Virus record (IMG/VR): IMGVR_UViG_3300030330_005471
Source: a virus
Taxonomy: Duplodnaviria; Caudoviricetes
Strand: one strand, 5' to 3'
DNA: 64,000 nucleotides
Part shown: positions 8,545 to 18,410 of the stretch, one piece after another
Layout of the letters: every line of letters begins with the position of its first letter
How positions within the stretch are numbered: position 1 is the stretch's first letter
Notes under the pieces: model-generated
Seen by the model: the letters and a program-made list of their open reading frames with translations, nothing else
The model's database searches: none
What the model was told of the DNA's origin: nothing
Made by a program: the position numbers and the translations under genes

Positions 8545-8823
8545 ATGGCTTATGTACAGAATTGGAATCCCGATAACAAGTTATCTGAGAAGGAGGCAAT
8601 AGCCTTCCTCACTAGGGTAGTACCCGATATAACAGACAATGCTTTCCATATACGGAAAGAGTCTGACGATGGTGGCTCTGTCATTTCAGTATACATAGAG
8701 ATGAATGAAGATGGATCTAGAGGCTATCACAACAAACCAGTAAAATATGATGAACTAAAAGGGTGGCGAGTCGTATGGCTCACCTGTCCTCCACAATATA
8801 CGAACAAATGGAGAAAAAGATGA
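8545..8823 (+). CDS. hypothetical protein
   Basis: GAGGTG RBS. Confidence 0.7.
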   Translation: MAYVQNWNPDNKLSEKEAIAFLTRVVPDITDNAFHIRKESDDGGSVISVYIEMNEDGSRGYHNKPVKYDELKGWRVVWLTCPPQYTNKWRKR

Positions 8824-9086
8824 TGAATCCAATGGAAATACTTAGATACGAACCGAAAAAGGGCGATGTTATCATCTATAATGATGGCTCATACACAGAG
8901 GTTTTACAAGACTTACAACAAGGTAGCCCATTTATCAAGGGCAAGTTTCACGCACTTGGTGTCGAGCCAAGCGAGATCAACATACACACTCCTCTTATAC
9001 GAACCCAAATGATACAAGGCAAATGCCACCTGTGTCGCAAGGAGGTTGAAGATGTACAAGATAATTCAGATACAACCTCAGAGTAA
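8820..9086 (+). CDS. hypothetical protein, GDLV-like (KGDVI)
   Basis: ATGA overlap with upstream gene. Confidence 0.6.
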   Translation: MMNPMEILRYEPKKGDVIIYNDGSYTEVLQDLQQGSPFIKGKFHALGVEPSEINIHTPLIRTQMIQGKCHLCRKEVEDVQDNSDTTSE

Positions 9087-9294
9087 CATGATCGTGGCTC
9101 ATATCAAACTCAATGACAAGTACTACTGTGTAGGGGATGATGGGTACTCCGTTATGATCTTCAAAGGTGACGAGGGTGGCAACATTGTTTCGTGGATAGA
9201 ACTAGCAAAATTTGACAATAAAATGCTGAAAGATGTTGTGCGAAACAAGTCATCCTTTCGGACTTGTTTGCGAATCGGACAAAAAATGTCCTAG
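9052..9294 (+). CDS. hypothetical protein
   Basis: GGAGG RBS. Confidence 0.65.
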   Translation: MYKIIQIQPQSNMIVAHIKLNDKYYCVGDDGYSVMIFKGDEGGNIVSWIELAKFDNKMLKDVVRNKSSFRTCLRIGQKMS

Positions 9295-9348
9295 ACAAAT
9301 TATCCATAACGCATTATATTACTAACATCATTCAACAACGAGGTTAAT

Positions 9349-9672
9349 ATGAAATGGAAACGAAACAAGGGAACATTCAGAGTCTATGGTGGTCATGGTT
9401 GGACAAACTATGAGGGTTCACACTATGTTTGTTATCCTTTTATGATCAATCGATCTCTCAACAATGAAAGCAGATGGGCTTTGACCCATATCGCTTGTGG
9501 CAGAGAGGTCGGAAACTTTAGAACACTGGCTGTTGCTAAAGAGTGTGCTTTAGCATTGCAACACTATAAACATTGGTTCTTACCCACAGAAGAACTTGTA
9601 TTAAAGTCTATGGTTGATAGTGGAGAGAAACAAGAGATCATGAATGTTGTCCAAGACCACAGAGTAAAATAA
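9349..9672 (+). CDS. hypothetical protein
   Basis: Promoter and GAGG. Confidence 0.7.
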   Translation: MKWKRNKGTFRVYGGHGWTNYEGSHYVCYPFMINRSLNNESRWALTHIACGREVGNFRTLAVAKECALALQHYKHWFLPTEELVLKSMVDSGEKQEIMNVVQDHRVK

Positions 9673-9748
9673 AAACGGACATTTTTTGTCCTTTACATAT
9701 TTTGAGAATAAGATATATTATATTTACACAACAACATAGGAGACTATT

Positions 9749-10090
9749 ATGAAGATAAAAGTATGCAGACACTGTGAGGACGAATTCGATTGTCGCTCCA
9801 CTCGAAAGGCTACCGTAGGGGGGTACATAGATGAATGTCCCGACTGTGTGGAAGAACTGGGAACAGAAACCCATGTCAAATACCAAGGAGTCATATCGGG
9901 AGAGGGTAAACAAGCCTGTATTCAGATATTGTCCTTCGAATCCAAAGCAGACGCTGAGGAATACAAGCGAAGATGGGAACGCAATAGTGGTTGGAACAAC
10001 CGAAGATCGGGTGGTCTAAACGATAGTTCTATCAAGTTCAAGAAGGTCGGTGAGACACGAGGGAACGCAAACCATAAAGGCAAAGGCTAA
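9749..10090 (+). CDS. zinc-ribbon protein
   Basis: CRHC...CPDC. Confidence 0.7.
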   Translation: MKIKVCRHCEDEFDCRSTRKATVGGYIDECPDCVEELGTETHVKYQGVISGEGKQACIQILSFESKADAEEYKRRWERNSGWNNRRSGGLNDSSIKFKKVGETRGNANHKGKG

Positions 10091-10101
10091 CAGGAGACAC
10101 T

Positions 10102-10299
10102 ATGCAAATAAAAGTAGGAGACTTGGTTTATAGAAAGCAACATTCGTATTTAAACATAAGGCACAATGACGAAATATGGCTTGTGATCGGCAAGGCTCAG
10201 AGGTGTGGCTTGGGCGAATTCCACCCTTGGATACAGATAGAGAATATTCACAACGGTAATAGGATTTCTTGTAAAGAACCTATGCTGATGAAAATATAA
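10102..10299 (+). CDS. GDLV-family small protein
   Basis: KVGDLVY. Confidence 0.75.
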   Translation: MQIKVGDLVYRKQHSYLNIRHNDEIWLVIGKAQRCGLGEFHPWIQIENIHNGNRISCKEPMLMKI

Positions 10300-10375
10300 A
10301 ACGGACATTTTTTGTCCTTTACAAACTTACAACAACATATTATAATACTTATACATTCAACAACGGAGGTCAATT

Positions 10376-11179
10376 ATGGCTATTAACAACAGAACAGATA
10401 ACAACTATCGTTCTTCATCAAGGTGTACATTCTGTCAAGGTAATCATACCATCACAGGTTGCACAAAAGTATATGAAGAGGCTGAACAGGCAAAGAAATT
10501 ATCATTCTCTCAGAGAACATTTAAGCAACACTATGCTATGCAATACATAGAACTCAAAGAATCTCGCTCCAAGAAGAGAAAAACTGGCACTAAAAAGTGT
10601 GGGTACTGTGGTGGTGCAGACCATACTCGCAGAAATTGCAGTGTTATGGAGGCAGATAGAGAATTTCTCTTGAGAGCCAACCAACTATGGAGAAGAATGT
10701 ATGCCCATCTATCGGTAGAGTATGGCTTTGCTCCAGCTAGTCTTATCAAGTACCGAGAGAGAGATAGGTACAACTACAACACACAAAAGTACGAAACCAA
10801 TGAGAATCTGTACCTTATTGGCTCTGAATTGCCGACCAATCTATCTGTCTTTGCCTTATCGGGAGATCACTCTCTGAGGCAAGAGATCAAAATTCCAGCT
10901 GTAGGTCGTGATAGACCAATGAGTGTGAGAGATTTCGTACATGGAAAGCCATGTCGCAAAGCCCTAACAGGGCATGGTTATTGGTGGGGTGACGATGATA
11001 GTATCGAGATCGTAACCAGATCCACCTATCAGTATCCCGAAGAATGGTTCGAGGGTGAGTGTGATGACATAGATTATGTTCTTAAAAAGTGGAACAGAGA
11101 AAGGATTGAAAGAGATATTCTGTCTCCAATCCGTTCAGAACTCATTCCATTTGCACAAACAACAGGCTTTGATATATAA
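10376..11179 (+). CDS. protein with two CCHC zinc-knuckle-like motifs
   Basis: CTFCQGNHTITGC and CGYCGGADHTRRNC. Confidence 0.7.
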   Translation: MAINNRTDNNYRSSSRCTFCQGNHTITGCTKVYEEAEQAKKLSFSQRTFKQHYAMQYIELKESRSKKRKTGTKKCGYCGGADHTRRNCSVMEADREFLLRANQLWRRMYAHLSVEYGFAPASLIKYRERDRYNYNTQKYETNENLYLIGSELPTNLSVFALSGDHSLRQEIKIPAVGRDRPMSVRDFVHGKPCRKALTGHGYWWGDDDSIEIVTRSTYQYPEEWFEGECDDIDYVLKKWNRERIERDILSPIRSELIPFAQTTGFDI

Positions 11180-11247
11180 CGGACATAATTTGTCCTTTAC
11201 AAACTTACAACAACATATTATATTATAAACATAAACAAGGAGTCGCT

Positions 11248-11649
11248 ATGACAAACTTAACTAGAGCAAAGAACTACTCAGAATTCTGTGAAAACTGGAG
11301 AGATGGTGTATCATGTTATTACACTGGATGGAAAGCTCTCACATGTGATGGTACAAGTATCATGTTAAATTGTGGTAGTGGGAGAGATCCCATAATAATA
11401 GCAGAGAAAGTGGGTGAATACCTTGTGGTTTACAACCACAGACCAAAAGACTATGCGTCCGATCTCATGAAATATTGGACTTGGACTACGAGAAGGTGTC
11501 CAAATTTGGTGTATGCTACTCTTGGTAAACCAAAAGATGTCACACATGATAGTTGGTTATCCAATCAGTTTTATGATGGGCTATTGTCTGTGGCTACCCA
11601 CCTACTACACCCCGATCAGTCCATAGAAGAATTGATGGATGGGTCATGA
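11248..11649 (+). CDS. hypothetical protein (paralog of 11836)
   Basis: MTNLT...YN...KDYAS.L. Confidence 0.7.
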   Translation: MTNLTRAKNYSEFCENWRDGVSCYYTGWKALTCDGTSIMLNCGSGRDPIIIAEKVGEYLVVYNHRPKDYASDLMKYWTWTTRRCPNLVYATLGKPKDVTHDSWLSNQFYDGLLSVATHLLHPDQSIEELMDGS

Positions 11650-11843
11650 TTGGGGTCGGTGACTTGGTAACTTGGAGGATCAAAGAGTCCCTAGAGTGGG
11701 CAGACCCCCCACTCGCTGTGGTCACAGATTCTATCGAGGTTCCCGATGGAAAATGGTTTAGAGTAACATTTTTAACAGGCTACAGAGCCTCTCAGACATT
11801 CGAACTAAAAGAAAAACAGATAAGGAGAATAGACAATGACTAA
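11646..11843 (+). CDS. GDLV-family small protein
   Basis: GVGDLVTW. Confidence 0.75.
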   Translation: MIGVGDLVTWRIKESLEWADPPLAVVTDSIEVPDGKWFRVTFLTGYRASQTFELKEKQIRRIDND

Positions 11844-12249
11844 TTTAACACACTTTCAAGAGGTACTATTAGGTAACACAGTTCACATAGGAAGAACCGA
11901 CATAGCAAGGCTAGGGAATACATTATATCGTAGATGTATTTACGACTATGACAAGAAGAACAATAGAATACGAGGTTGGTTGCCCATACTCAAACTAGAA
12001 GAAGGGCAATGGGTAGGTTATAACTATTCGGGCAAGGACTTTGCCTCGTATCTTCTGAACAACCAGTGGCAACGATCTCACTATTGGTCAGAATTAAAGT
12101 ATGTACAAATTGGTCGTGGTATCGGCTGTAAGGGTACAAAGAGATTATGGTCTTGGCAATGCTCGTTTAAACGGTTCATGACCAAGATGATCAACCCAAC
12201 AATGGATATGCTGTTGCCCGAAGATACTGTCTTTGACCTAGTAGGATAA
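11836..12249 (+). CDS. hypothetical protein (paralog of 11248)
   Basis: MTNLT...YN...KDFAS.L. Confidence 0.7.
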   Translation: MTNLTHFQEVLLGNTVHIGRTDIARLGNTLYRRCIYDYDKKNNRIRGWLPILKLEEGQWVGYNYSGKDFASYLLNNQWQRSHYWSELKYVQIGRGIGCKGTKRLWSWQCSFKRFMTKMINPTMDMLLPEDTVFDLVG

Positions 12250-12321
12250 AAACGGACATTTTTTGTCCTTTACAATATCTCATAACTTGTTACAATATAG
12301 ATATAAAAGGAGGACAGAACA

Positions 12322-12468
12322 ATGTCTAAAAAGAAGAAACAACAACCATCTAAACGCAATCCTATCCAACAAATGCATATAGAACAGAACCGTAAGGCAG
12401 GTGTGCATACGGATAAGAAGAAAGAGCGAAACAAGAAAGCATGTCGAGGGAGACAATATGACAGATAG
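12322..12468 (+). CDS. small basic protein (48 aa, not in ORF track)
   Basis: Own promoter and AGGAGG; MSKKKKQQPSKRNP...RKAGVHTDKKK. Confidence 0.65.
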   Translation: MSKKKKQQPSKRNPIQQMHIEQNRKAGVHTDKKKERNKKACRGRQYDR

Positions 12469-12595
12469 AGAATTTATAAAAAAACTACTAGAGATGATGG
12501 AGATCAACGCACTTGCCGATTGGATCACCAACGATCCTTGGGACGAGTTCGAGTCATTGAGGGTCATGATCGAAGAACATTTAAAACGGACATAA
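12458..12595 (+). CDS. small hypothetical protein
   Basis: GGAG RBS; MTDREFIKKLL. Confidence 0.6.
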   Translation: MTDREFIKKLLEMMEINALADWITNDPWDEFESLRVMIEEHLKRT

Positions 12596-12657
12596 TTTGT
12601 CCTTTACAATATTTCATAACTTGTTATAATATAGACATAACCAACAAGGAGTACATC

Positions 12658-13896
12658 ATGTCAGATGAAACAACAACAACTAAACAGGAAGAGATCCTAG
12701 ACTTTGATCTCGATCTTCACACTTATCGCTTGCTACAGGCAGAACCATTCTTCTCAGCCCTATCTCGTAGGATACACAAGTCCTCCACCACAGCTATACC
12801 CACAGCAGGTGTGAAGATGAACGAGGGGAGTGGTAACTTTGAGATGATCTACAACCCAAATTTCTTTGCCAAACTTTCGGACAAGGAAAAGCTCGGTGTC
12901 CTTATGCACGAGTTCTACCACATCATCTTTGAGCATGTCACAGGTCGGCTACCTCCCGAAGGTATGTCCAAGATGTGGAACATTGCCACAGACTTGGCGA
13001 TCAACTCTCACTTGATGGACTCACTCCCCGAACAAGGTCTTTTCCCAACAAGAGGTCGGTTTGAGGACTACCCTGTGGGTATGTCGGCTGAATGGTATTA
13101 CTCCAAGTTGCAACAGGATAAAGAGAATGGCGAAGGTGCTTTCGATCCTAAACATCAACAAGGCGAAGGTGGTGGCGAAGGTCAAGGTGGGGACAATATG
13201 CCCGACTCCCTAGACGATCACAGTGGTTGGTCTGATGTAGACCAAGACACACGACAAATGGCTCAAGAACGAATGAGACAAGCTGTTGAGGACGCTGTGA
13301 AAGAGGTACAATCTCGTGGTCAAGGTTGGGGTAATGTGTCTAGTGGTATGAGAGAACGAATCATTGATATGATCACACCAAAGGTTGACTGGCGAAAAGT
13401 TCTTAGATACTTTATCAAGACCTCCCAAAGACAGAACAAGAGGTCTACGGTACGGAGAGTCAACCCTCGCTATCCCTACATTCATGCAGGGAAGAAGGTC
13501 AACAGAACAGCAAAAATTGCGATCTCTATTGACCAATCGGGTTCCGTATCAGATGATATGCTCAGTGCCTTCTTCTCAGAACTCAATGGGCTTGCTCAGC
13601 AAGTCGAGTTCACTGTGATCCCTTTCGATACCCAAGTAGACGAGTCTAAAGTCTATGTATGGAAGAAAGGTCAGAGGAGACAAGTCGAACGAGTCCTTTG
13701 TGGTGGTACATGTTTCAATGCACCAACCAAGTTTGTGAATGACAATGGTGGCTTTGATGGTCATATTATACTCACAGATATGGAGGCTCCAAAGCCTGTG
13801 GCTAGTAAGTGTCAGAGAATATGGTTCACCACAGAACAGTGTGCCAAGAACCCATACTTTCAGACCAATGAAAAAGTTATCGGGATCAGTATGTAA
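12658..13896 (+). CDS. metallopeptidase (HExxH)-VWA domain protein, DUF2201-like
   Basis: HEFYH, WNIATDLAIN, IDQSGS MIDAS, GGT, ILTD. Confidence 0.85.
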   Translation: MSDETTTTKQEEILDFDLDLHTYRLLQAEPFFSALSRRIHKSSTTAIPTAGVKMNEGSGNFEMIYNPNFFAKLSDKEKLGVLMHEFYHIIFEHVTGRLPPEGMSKMWNIATDLAINSHLMDSLPEQGLFPTRGRFEDYPVGMSAEWYYSKLQQDKENGEGAFDPKHQQGEGGGEGQGGDNMPDSLDDHSGWSDVDQDTRQMAQERMRQAVEDAVKEVQSRGQGWGNVSSGMRERIIDMITPKVDWRKVLRYFIKTSQRQNKRSTVRRVNPRYPYIHAGKKVNRTAKIAISIDQSGSVSDDMLSAFFSELNGLAQQVEFTVIPFDTQVDESKVYVWKKGQRRQVERVLCGGTCFNAPTKFVNDNGGFDGHIILTDMEAPKPVASKCQRIWFTTEQCAKNPYFQTNEKVIGISM

Positions 13897-13929
13897 GATC
13901 CCGATAGAGTGACACCTCCTTATGAGGTG
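13878..13929 (+). other. tandem RNA hairpins at 3' end of VWA gene
   Basis: TATCGGGATC/GATCCCGATA 10-bp IR spanning the stop codon, then CACCTC/GAGGTG. Confidence 0.6.
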
Positions 13930-14033
13930 GGGTATGGGTGGGCAATAAGTTTTTTTAAAACGGACATAATCTGTCCTTTACAATAATTACTGAACAGGGT
14001 ATATTACTATTATACAGACTGAGGGATTCGATA

Positions 14034-14231
14034 ATGAAATTCAAAACAGTGGTTATCATTGAAACAGATGACGAGGGCTTTCTAACCCTTAAGGCTCTGT
14101 TACCCAATGATGGGATTGTTTGGACAAGAATTGTCGGGCAGAACAAGGTCGCAGTGAGACTTAAAGACGATATAGACATAGAATGGGTTGAGAAACAACT
14201 AAACTCATTACATAGAACACTAAACATCTGA
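14034..14231 (+). CDS. hypothetical protein
   Basis: Promoter and GAGG. Confidence 0.65.
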   Translation: MKFKTVVIIETDDEGFLTLKALLPNDGIVWTRIVGQNKVAVRLKDDIDIEWVEKQLNSLHRTLNI

Positions 14232-14236
14232 GGTGC

Positions 14237-14521
14237 ATGATGGCACAAGAATGGAAATACAGAGAACACAAGGGAAAGCAAGGAAGGTTCCGAATAGGCG
14301 ATCTCGTACAACTCTCAGCCTATGGTAAGAGTACTGATCAGAACACCAACCCACACTTTGATGGAAACGAACTTGGTCTTATCATTGAGATAGGAGGAAA
14401 CACTAGATTCGGTGGTGATATTCAAAAATACCCCATTGTAGTGCAGTGGATCAATGTCCCAAAGGGAACCAATGTTGCCAAGAGGTTCTTCTTCAGAGAG
14501 TTAAAACTAAAACGGACATAA
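14237..14521 (+). CDS. GDLV-family protein
   Basis: FRIGDLVQL...GLIIEI...VQW. Confidence 0.75.
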   Translation: MMAQEWKYREHKGKQGRFRIGDLVQLSAYGKSTDQNTNPHFDGNELGLIIEIGGNTRFGGDIQKYPIVVQWINVPKGTNVAKRFFFRELKLKRT

Positions 14522-14587
14522 TTTGTCCTTTACAATATTCAACCAACATATTATATTATAAACATCTTCAACAACAAGGAGTCTATC

Positions 14588-14815
14588 ATGGACACTAAAG
14601 ACAACAACAACATCACGATACAACTATCAGTATCAGATGAACTATTAAACAAGGTTCTCCGAGCCTTAGTAACACCACCCCCAAGCCCTATGGGTGGAGG
14701 TATGCCTATCCCTATGAGTTTGTTATCGGGTTTACTAGGTCAAGCCCCACCATCTGACGACGAAAAGTCTGAGGAAAAGCCAACCGTAGGTTTCAAAATT
14801 AAAGGAGCGAAATAA
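14588..14815 (+). CDS. Pro/Gly-rich hypothetical protein
   Basis: Promoter and AGGAG. Confidence 0.65.
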   Translation: MDTKDNNNITIQLSVSDELLNKVLRALVTPPPSPMGGGMPIPMSLLSGLLGQAPPSDDEKSEEKPTVGFKIKGAK

Positions 14816-15039
14816 TGACTATCATATCAACAAAGCAACTGAGCAATGGTTTAGGTCAAACTGTCATTACAACACTTGTGGTGCATAATGGAAACTACTT
14901 TGTAGTATCCGAGAATCCTAGAGAGACTCTGATATTCCCTAGCAACAGCAAAGGGGAACACAAGTTCCTTGAGGTAGGATCGGGTTTCGATACAGCAGAT
15001 TGCCTCAACCAAATCGAAAACGGACAAATTATGTCCTAG
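14815..15039 (+). CDS. hypothetical protein
   Basis: AGGAG RBS. Confidence 0.65.
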   Translation: MTIISTKQLSNGLGQTVITTLVVHNGNYFVVSENPRETLIFPSNSKGEHKFLEVGSGFDTADCLNQIENGQIMS

Positions 15040-15113
15040 ACTTTATTTTCAAACCTAGTTATATTATAAACATCATTCAAACGATAACTTAACAACAAAC
15101 AATGGAGACTATT

Positions 15114-16169
15114 ATGTCTATTGATTACAAAACCCTATTCACCATCCTTCCCCATGTCTTTGAGGCGAGATTCCCTGTCCTCTTACGAGGTCGGCATGGT
15201 ATCGGTAAGTCCACAGTAGTATACCAACAAGCCAAAGCAATGGGTTTGCCTGTGGTAGAAAGACGAGCCTCACAGATGACCGAAGGTGATCTACTTGGTC
15301 TACCCAAGATCGATGGTAATGTCACAGCTTGGCTTGCACCCGAATGGCTTGACAAGGCTTGCAAAGAACCAGTTATCTTGTTCCTTGACGAGGTTGATCG
15401 TGCTACCCTAGAGGTACGACAGGGTATCTTCGAATTGTGTGACTCTCGTAAGATCGCAGGTCACAAACTCCATCCCGACACACTTATCTTTGCTTGTGTC
15501 AATGGTGGTAAGCATGGTGCAGAGTATCAAGTCAACGAGTTCGATCCAGCCGAACTTGATCGCTACACTGTCTTTGATGTAGAGCCTACCGTAGAGGACT
15601 GGCTTGACTGGGCTAAAGGCAATGTCATTGACGAGATATGGGATTTCATCAACCACAATCACCAACATCTCGAACACAAGGATACCTTCGAGCCTAACAA
15701 GATCTATCCTTCAAGACGATCTTGGGAAAGACTCTCAGACGCATTGCAAAGTGTCGGTGAGGTAAAGCATAGTCCTACCCTATACCACCTTGCTCATTCT
15801 TTTATCGGCTTTGAGGGTGCTATGGCTCTGAATGACTATATCAAGAACTACTCTAAAGTTGTGACTCCCGAACAAATTCTTGACGAGGGTAAGGTAGACT
15901 TGACTGAAAAGTTCAAGATCAACGACCATAACAGTCTTATTGAAAAGTTCAAGGCTAAAGAGTGCTTTGATACGGAGTTATCTGACAGTCAGTTACAGAA
16001 TCTCGCTGAATACTTTGTGACACTCCCATCTGAGATCGCTATGACCTTGTGGCAAGCGATGGGATCGGGCAAGGAGGCAACCAAGAATGTCGCTAGGTTG
16101 CATGGTTTACAGACTAAAACTGGCTCTGTGCAAGACTTTATCGTCAGTATCCTAACAGCAGGTCAATAG
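15114..16169 (+). CDS. MoxR-like AAA+ ATPase
   Basis: Walker A GRHGIGKS, Walker B LFLDEVDRA, DPAELDRY, PSRRSW. Confidence 0.9.
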   Translation: MSIDYKTLFTILPHVFEARFPVLLRGRHGIGKSTVVYQQAKAMGLPVVERRASQMTEGDLLGLPKIDGNVTAWLAPEWLDKACKEPVILFLDEVDRATLEVRQGIFELCDSRKIAGHKLHPDTLIFACVNGGKHGAEYQVNEFDPAELDRYTVFDVEPTVEDWLDWAKGNVIDEIWDFINHNHQHLEHKDTFEPNKIYPSRRSWERLSDALQSVGEVKHSPTLYHLAHSFIGFEGAMALNDYIKNYSKVVTPEQILDEGKVDLTEKFKINDHNSLIEKFKAKECFDTELSDSQLQNLAEYFVTLPSEIAMTLWQAMGSGKEATKNVARLHGLQTKTGSVQDFIVSILTAGQ

Positions 16170-16178
16170 ACCTACTGA

Positions 16179-16211
16179 TCCTCCACCATGACAGTGTAGT
16201 CTGGTGGAGGA
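16179..16211 (+). other. RNA hairpin downstream of AAA gene
   Basis: TCCTCCACCA/TGGTGGAGGA 10-bp IR, no U-tract. Confidence 0.6.
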
Positions 16212-16293
16212 ACCTACTCGGACATTTTTTGTCCTTTACAAATTATTCTGAACCTATTATATTATAAACATCAACAACACAAGAGGTGATCAG

Positions 16294-16485
16294 ATGGAAC
16301 AAGATAATATACCCGATGTAGGAGATTTAGTCACAGTATTTAGATCAATCCCTAACGCAATAAACCGTATGGGATTGGTCATAAAGGTTGAGTACAGTAG
16401 TCAAGTACCCATATTCACTGTACAATTTCCAGATGGAACTGTTCGCACCTTGGGAAGATTGTGGATCGAAAAGATTAAAAAATAA
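16294..16485 (+). CDS. GDLV-family small protein
   Basis: VGDLVTV...GLVIKV. Confidence 0.75.
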   Translation: MEQDNIPDVGDLVTVFRSIPNAINRMGLVIKVEYSSQVPIFTVQFPDGTVRTLGRLWIEKIKK

Positions 16486-16563
16486 AAACGGACATTTTTT
16501 GTCCTTTACAAATTCTTTTAAACCTATTATATTACTAGTATAACCAACAACAAGGAGTTATCC

Positions 16564-16821
16564 ATGAGAATACGAAACAACCAAGGTGCTACAATGACCC
16601 CCAAGTGTGCGAACCTTATCCGAGACTTGAACAAACTAGTTCGTGAAGGTCTTTCCATTGAAGAGGCAGAGGAATACCTTAAACTTGAAAATTGGCGATG
16701 TGATCAAGGCTATGCACCTCACAAAGGCGATTGGAAAAAGGCTAAAAAGCGAATCCTCCAAGTAGCAGAGTTCAGAAAGACAGGTGCTACTACCCTCAAG
16801 GGTGGGTGGGGTAAGCGATGA
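16564..16821 (+). CDS. hypothetical protein
   Basis: Promoter and AGGAG. Confidence 0.65.
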   Translation: MRIRNNQGATMTPKCANLIRDLNKLVREGLSIEEAEEYLKLENWRCDQGYAPHKGDWKKAKKRILQVAEFRKTGATTLKGGWGKR

Positions 16822-17006
16822 ATATCGGAGACATAATGCTATACAACAATCGAGAAAACCCTCGCCTAAACGATACCTTAGTTCTCATAATGGGAAACAA
16901 TGGTCGTATCCACAGGAAAGTAATGTTCTTGAAAGATGGATTTATAACAGAGAACTGTTGGGTAGGTTACTTATTACCAATAGGAGATAACCATGTCAGT
17001 AGGTGA
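16818..17006 (+). CDS. GDLV-family small protein
   Basis: MNIGDIM. Confidence 0.65.
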   Translation: MNIGDIMLYNNRENPRLNDTLVLIMGNNGRIHRKVMFLKDGFITENCWVGYLLPIGDNHVSR

Positions 17007-17169
17007 AATTTATTTGTGGAATGATGGAGTGTTGGATCACTTGGTCATGATCGTACCATCGGGGAACGGAGTAGGGAATTGGGTTGGGTGGTGTTCAGTT
17101 CAGTTCATCAGTGGAGGACGAAAATTTCAAGTCCAACACTACCAACTTAAACCTTTGGAGAACAGATGA
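16993..17169 (+). CDS. GDLV-like small protein (58 aa, not in ORF track)
   Basis: AGGAG; MSVGEIYLW. Confidence 0.65.
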   Translation: MSVGEIYLWNDGVLDHLVMIVPSGNGVGNWVGWCSVQFISGGRKFQVQHYQLKPLENR

Positions 17170-17375
17170 AAGAAGAATTCAAGATAGGCGATCTCGTTGA
17201 GGTCAAGATTCTCAGAGATCATCCCGAAATTGGAATAGTGGTAGGCATTGAAGATCCCGAAAGAACCAACAATGGTCTATATGTATTGATCGAGGGTTGG
17301 ACTCCTAGTGGAGGCATGGTTAAGGCTTGGCTACCATTGAACAGAGTAAAAAAAATAAAAACGGACAAAATTTGA
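17166..17375 (+). CDS. GDLV-family small protein
   Basis: FKIGDLVEV...GIVVGI. Confidence 0.8.
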   Translation: MKEEFKIGDLVEVKILRDHPEIGIVVGIEDPERTNNGLYVLIEGWTPSGGMVKAWLPLNRVKKIKTDKI

Positions 17376-17435
17376 CCTTTACAATTTAAACAGACCTTGA
17401 TATAATACTAATACATTCAACAACAGGAGAACATT

Positions 17436-17639
17436 ATGTTAAAAAGAAGTAGGTACTCACAACAATATAAAACCATTCAACAGGCAAGGGCTTGGGCTTA
17501 TGAACAAGATTTTAATGATGTATGGTATCTTATCCACAACAGAGAGAAGAACAGATACCAGTTGGTAAATGATGGTCGGCTTTACTACCTACAACATTGT
17601 TGGGATCTTGACTTTGAAATTATTGAAACTTGGGAATAG
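17436..17639 (+). CDS. hypothetical protein
   Basis: Promoter and AGGAG. Confidence 0.65.
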   Translation: MLKRSRYSQQYKTIQQARAWAYEQDFNDVWYLIHNREKNRYQLVNDGRLYYLQHCWDLDFEIIETWE

Positions 17640-17641
17640 AT

Positions 17642-17842
17642 ATGAAGGTAGGTGATTTGGTGTTGCTCGACATAGGATATGGCAACCCATACGGTATGAA
17701 AAAGCCACCCGAATTAGCGATCATCAGAGGTATCAACACAGACTATAGCCCAACTCGATACTACCTAACAGTGGTGTCAACAGGAAAACGCAAGTGGGCA
17801 ACTCAAAATTTCATCGAACCAGTGGAGGAAACATGCAAGTAG
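17642..17842 (+). CDS. GDLV-family small protein
   Basis: MKVGDLV...VEETCK. Confidence 0.75.
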   Translation: MKVGDLVLLDIGYGNPYGMKKPPELAIIRGINTDYSPTRYYLTVVSTGKRKWATQNFIEPVEETCK

Positions 17843-18012
17843 GAGATTTAGTGTGGTCATTGTCAGATGACATCAAAGGCTCGAAGAAACGATTGGCGAT
17901 CATCCTCGCCTTAGACTATGACCATTGGAATCCATATTTCATCCAGTTAGTCGCTTGTGGGAGACAGGGAAAAACAGCAAGAAAGTATCTCGAACCATTG
18001 GACAGAGACTAA
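17833..18012 (+). CDS. GDLV-family small protein
   Basis: MQVGDLVW. Confidence 0.75.
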   Translation: MQVGDLVWSLSDDIKGSKKRLAIILALDYDHWNPYFIQLVACGRQGKTARKYLEPLDRD

Positions 18013-18092
18013 ACGGACAAAAAATGTCCTTTACAAATCCCAACCACCCTGTTATAATATAAACATCATTCAAACGAACCAAGGAGTTCAAC

Positions 18093-18410
18093 ATGACTTT
18101 AGTAGACCTTCAAGAACTATTCAGCGATTCACTCTCTCTAACACGAGAGGAGATCAGCAAACTCGATAAACAAGCCCTCGTGGAAAATGCTCATGGTGAT
18201 CCTAAACTCCCTCGGAGAGAACGAAACATTCAAGCGATACGAAACAATCTCTTGTTGAGTATGATCGAGTGGAACGAGATAGACCACGACAGCCTACTTG
18301 ATCGTTGGTATTTCATAACTAGCAGAGCGATTGAACTGGGAGATTTCTGTCCCGACTTGGCAAAGGTACATATGTTGGGTGTAGAGCATGTTTTATCTCT
18401 TCGGTCATAA
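18093..18410 (+). CDS. hypothetical protein
   Basis: Promoter and AGGAG. Confidence 0.7.
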   Translation: MTLVDLQELFSDSLSLTREEISKLDKQALVENAHGDPKLPRRERNIQAIRNNLLLSMIEWNEIDHDSLLDRWYFITSRAIELGDFCPDLAKVHMLGVEHVLSLRS

